Shown here: piece after piece, positions 13,041 to 14,300 of the stretch
Position numbering within the stretch: the first letter of the stretch is position 1
Layout of the letters: each line of letters starts with the position of its first letter
Virus record (IMG/VR): IMGVR_UViG_2579778919_000011
Origin: a virus
Lineage: Duplodnaviria; Heunggongvirae; Uroviricota; Caudoviricetes
Strand: one strand, 5' to 3'
Length of the DNA stretch: 14,300 nucleotides
The notes under the pieces: generated by a model
Database searches by the model: none
What the model saw: only the letters and a program-made list of their open reading frames with translations
What the model was told of the DNA's origin: nothing
Translations under genes and position numbers: made by a program

Positions 13041-14300
13041 TTACTTCGCCTTTCTCAGCGGTGTAACGTTGTATTCTTCGCCGCGTTCCAGTGCCACCAG
13101 CAAGCCCGCCCACTGTGTTAACGCAGCCCGGCGTTCATCAAAGTATTGGTGGCGGTTATAGATACCCTCCACGCCTTTAATTTTGTGGTTAAGGCATCTT
13201 TCTGCGACTACCGGATCAACGCCCAGCGCGGCTAAATGGGTGCGGGCCGTGCGCCGGAAGTCGTGAATGGTGAAGTTCGGCACGTCCGGCATTTCAGCGC
13301 GAACCTTCGCCAGCGCAACGGGCAGGGTGCTTTCCTGAATATGGGGGATCATGCGGTTTTGCATCTTTCTGGCTGGCAGTACCCATGCGCTGTTGCATGA
13401 GAACGTTTTAAGCTCTCTCAGCCATTCGACGGCTGGCGGTGCTAATGGGATGTCTATAGCGTCGCCGTTTTTGCTGCGTTCCTCTGGCAAGCGCCATACG
13501 GCTTTATCAAAATCGAACTCCTCCCAGCGGGCGGCGCATAACTCCATTTTGCGGACGCATAACGCTAACAGTAATTTGAACGTGATTTCGTTCTGGCGAC
13601 TGAATCCCTTAGCCGTGCGCATGGCTTTGAATAGCTGGATTAACTCATCGCGGGTTAACCAGCGGTCACGGGCAACTTCTTTCCCTCCGGCGTCTGCCAC
13701 CTCAAAGGCTGAACATGGGTTAATCTCCAGCGCGTGCCGTTTGATTCCGTAGTCGAATATGCGGCGCGTCCATCTCAGCACGTCCGTTGCTATGGTCGGC
13801 GCTCCACGGTCAACAATACCTTTCAGCATGTCATCGATATGGCGCGGTTTCACGTCCTCTACCTTCATGCTGCCAATGCAGGGGTTTATATCTTTGTCGA
13901 TACGGCGGCGGAGTATATCGGGGTGCTTCCAGCGCGGGAGGATCTGACGCTCAAAGTATTCAGCGGCAAGCTCTGAAACGCGCATGGCGTTCTTCTCTGC
14001 TTCCATCTTCGCCAGTGCTTCGGCTTTCCGTTCCTGCTTCTCTCCCGCGACGTCATAACCCAGCGCAACACGCGCCGATAGCTCTTTGGCTGTCTCTCTG
14101 GCCTTTGATAGTGATAGCTCGGCATATGAGCCAATCAGCATGGCGCGGGGTTTCCCTGCGAATTTATAGCGGAATCGCCAGACGGGGGTCTGGTAGTTTT
14201 CGCGGTATGAAAGATAAAGCCCGTTACCGTCAGAGCGTCCCTCGAATCGCTCCCCGGCCTTTATCCATGCGCGGATCTGCATGTCTGTGAGTTTTGGCAT
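13041..14300 (-). CDS. int: Tyrosine recombinase / integrase, P4-family (419 aa)
   Basis: The N-terminus MPKLTDMQIRAWIKAGERF...DGNGLYL resembles the arm-binding domain of P4-type integrases. C-terminal catalytic residues are present: HDFRRTARTH (HxxR) and GIYNRHQY (catalytic Tyr). The ATG is the last three bases of the window, so the promoter is outside it. Confidence 0.9.
   Translation of the reverse strand: MPKLTDMQIRAWIKAGERFEGRSDGNGLYLSYRENYQTPVWRFRYKFAGKPRAMLIGSYAELSLSKARETAKELSARVALGYDVAGEKQERKAEALAKMEAEKNAMRVSELAAEYFERQILPRWKHPDILRRRIDKDINPCIGSMKVEDVKPRHIDDMLKGIVDRGAPTIATDVLRWTRRIFDYGIKRHALEINPCSAFEVADAGGKEVARDRWLTRDELIQLFKAMRTAKGFSRQNEITFKLLLALCVRKMELCAARWEEFDFDKAVWRLPEERSKNGDAIDIPLAPPAVEWLRELKTFSCNSAWVLPARKMQNRMIPHIQESTLPVALAKVRAEMPDVPNFTIHDFRRTARTHLAALGVDPVVAERCLNHKIKGVEGIYNRHQYFDERRAALTQWAGLLVALERGEEYNVTPLRKAK

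Larger units (their letters stand above)
1921..14300. mobile_element. Integrated phage-satellite-like island (P4/PICI-like); left boundary approximate, right boundary beyond window
   Basis: A co-oriented block of integrase, AlpA, AntA antirepressor, Icd-like ORF, primase-helicase, iteron array, SSB and terminase-small-subunit-like ORF lies adjacent to conserved chromosomal genes. One cargo gene is strongly AT-rich. No att repeat could be identified because only one end is in the window. Confidence 0.75.

Noticed and set aside
1-14300. Searched for a tRNA or tmRNA attachment site, a CRISPR array and a P4-type cos sequence
   Set aside because: I found no T-loop-like GGTTCGA motif in a tRNA context, no regularly spaced repeat-spacer array, and no GGCGAGGCGGGGAAAGCAC-like cos sequence by eye. 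This is a visual scan only; tRNAscan-SE and a proper alignment would be decisive.

Overview
The window holds two chromosomal genes at the left (yicG, and the SOS gene dinD with its LexA operator), followed from about 1.9 kb to the window end by at least 12.4 kb of an integrated phage-satellite-like island (P4/PICI-like). Almost every island gene is on the minus strand, in tightly packed, often start/stop-overlapping operons. Reading from the right: a P4-family tyrosine integrase; an AT-rich cargo ORF of unknown function; AlpA; a 144-aa ORF; an AntA-domain antirepressor; a 60-aa ORF; a roughly 500-bp structured non-coding region ending in a minus-strand terminator; an Icd-like ORF, two unknown ORFs and an 814-aa primase-helicase; an iteron array (putative origin); a 61-aa ORF, an SSB, an HEAGH metallopeptidase and a signal-peptide protein; then a terminase-small-subunit-like ORF flanked by two copies of a diverged ~200-bp intergenic module; and a zinc-ribbon protein. 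No tRNA, rRNA, CRISPR array or P4-type cos sequence was found by eye. The right island boundary lies beyond the window and the left boundary is only approximate. All family assignments are from motif recognition by eye, not database searches. Coordinates of CDSs are anchored to the supplied ORF track; coordinates of repeats and hairpins are hand-counted and may be off by 1-2 nt.
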